The notes under the pieces: generated by a model
What the model saw: the letters and a program-made list of their open reading frames with translations, nothing else
Databases searched by the model: none
What the model was told of the DNA's origin: nothing
Position numbers and translations under genes: made by a program
DNA from: an uncultured Chloroflexia bacterium
GTDB lineage: Bacteria; Chloroflexota; Anaerolineae; Anaerolineales; Anaerolineaceae
Direction of reading: 5' to 3'
NCBI GenBank assembly: GCA_963818305.1
Contig: CAWFRQ010000003.1
Coordinates: 162,371 to 226,370, forward strand
Length of the DNA stretch: 64,000 nucleotides
In this document: one piece after another, positions 63,665 through 64,000 of the stretch
How the letters are laid out: every line of letters starts with the position of its first letter
Numbering within the stretch: position 1 is the first letter of the stretch

Positions 63665-64000
63665 ATGTTGAATCGCATCAAAAATCTTAATCTCCTGCGT
63701 ACTTTTCCACTGATTTTATTGCTCAGCGGTGGCTTGGCGTATTCCATCTACCTCACTAAACTGGGTTTTTATTGGGATGAATGGCCGTTTTTATGGTTCC
63801 AACACACATTCGACGCACCAGGAGTGTTGGAATATTTTCAACAGTACCGGCCGTTCTGGGGCTACCTCTACACCGTCACCCTGCCTTTGCTTGGAACCAA
63901 CCCGATTGTCTGGCAGTTGTTCGGCCTAATCACCCGCTGGTTGTGCGCCCTGGCTATCTGGTGGGCTTTGAGCCGCATCTGGCCAGAGCGGAAAAATGTT
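63665..64000 (+). CDS. Paralog of the 61616 membrane protein, 3' partial at the window end
   Basis: An open frame from the ATG at 63665 to the window end: MLNRIKNLNLLRTFPLILLLSGGLAYSIYLTKLGFYWDEWPF...YRPFWGYLYTVTLPLLGTNPIVWQLFGLITRWLCALAIWWALSRIWPE. It aligns with residues ~10-115 of the 61616 product. Confidence 0.5.
   Translation, partial: MLNRIKNLNLLRTFPLILLLSGGLAYSIYLTKLGFYWDEWPFLWFQHTFDAPGVLEYFQQYRPFWGYLYTVTLPLLGTNPIVWQLFGLITRWLCALAIWWALSRIWPERKNV

Overview
Bacterial chromosomal window, mostly core and intermediary metabolism. I found no transposase, integrase or phage genes, no CRISPR array and no rRNA; there is one tRNA-Leu(CAA). Left to right: (1) a myo-inositol cluster with iolD, a CUT2-type sugar ABC transporter whose binding protein is a tandem-duplicated fused module, a transaldolase, iolE, iolG and two more TIM-barrel genes. 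(2) A complete shikimate/chorismate super-operon, aroH-aroF-tyrA-aroA-aroE-aroC-aroKB(fusion)-aroQ, preceded by a near-consensus promoter, a Phe/Tyr-rich leader ORF and an intrinsic terminator. (3) On the minus strand, argG followed by a LysW carrier-protein operon (lysW-X-Y-Z-J-K), preceded by an Arg-codon-rich leader ORF with mutually exclusive terminator/antiterminator pairings. (4) A visibly AT-richer stretch with a GT-C-like membrane protein, a DinB/TPR-like protein, an alpha/beta hydrolase and a Tat-exported flavoprotein. (5) Two large cell-surface proteins (LysM, Ig/FN3-like, CARDB-like) broken by many frameshifts. (6) A housekeeping block: SDR, cyclophilin, ychF, tRNA-Leu, holA, RDD protein, radA, glpX, cdsA-uppS-frr-pyrH-tsf-rpsB. 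(7) A FadR-type regulator with an AGPS-like flavoenzyme, glpD, an FGGY kinase and adenosine deaminase. (8) An envelope-type locus with GT-C-like polytopic proteins (two are paralogs) and a B12-binding radical SAM enzyme. Many genes, including the normally essential frr, pyrH, ychF and holA, are interrupted by frameshifts; I read these mainly as assembly indel errors, so gene spans are given as reconstructed whole genes. A palindromic intergenic repeat family sits at 3' gene ends. The taxon cannot be established from this window; the LysW pathway and repeat style fit a Chloroflexota-like lineage, but that is weak inference.
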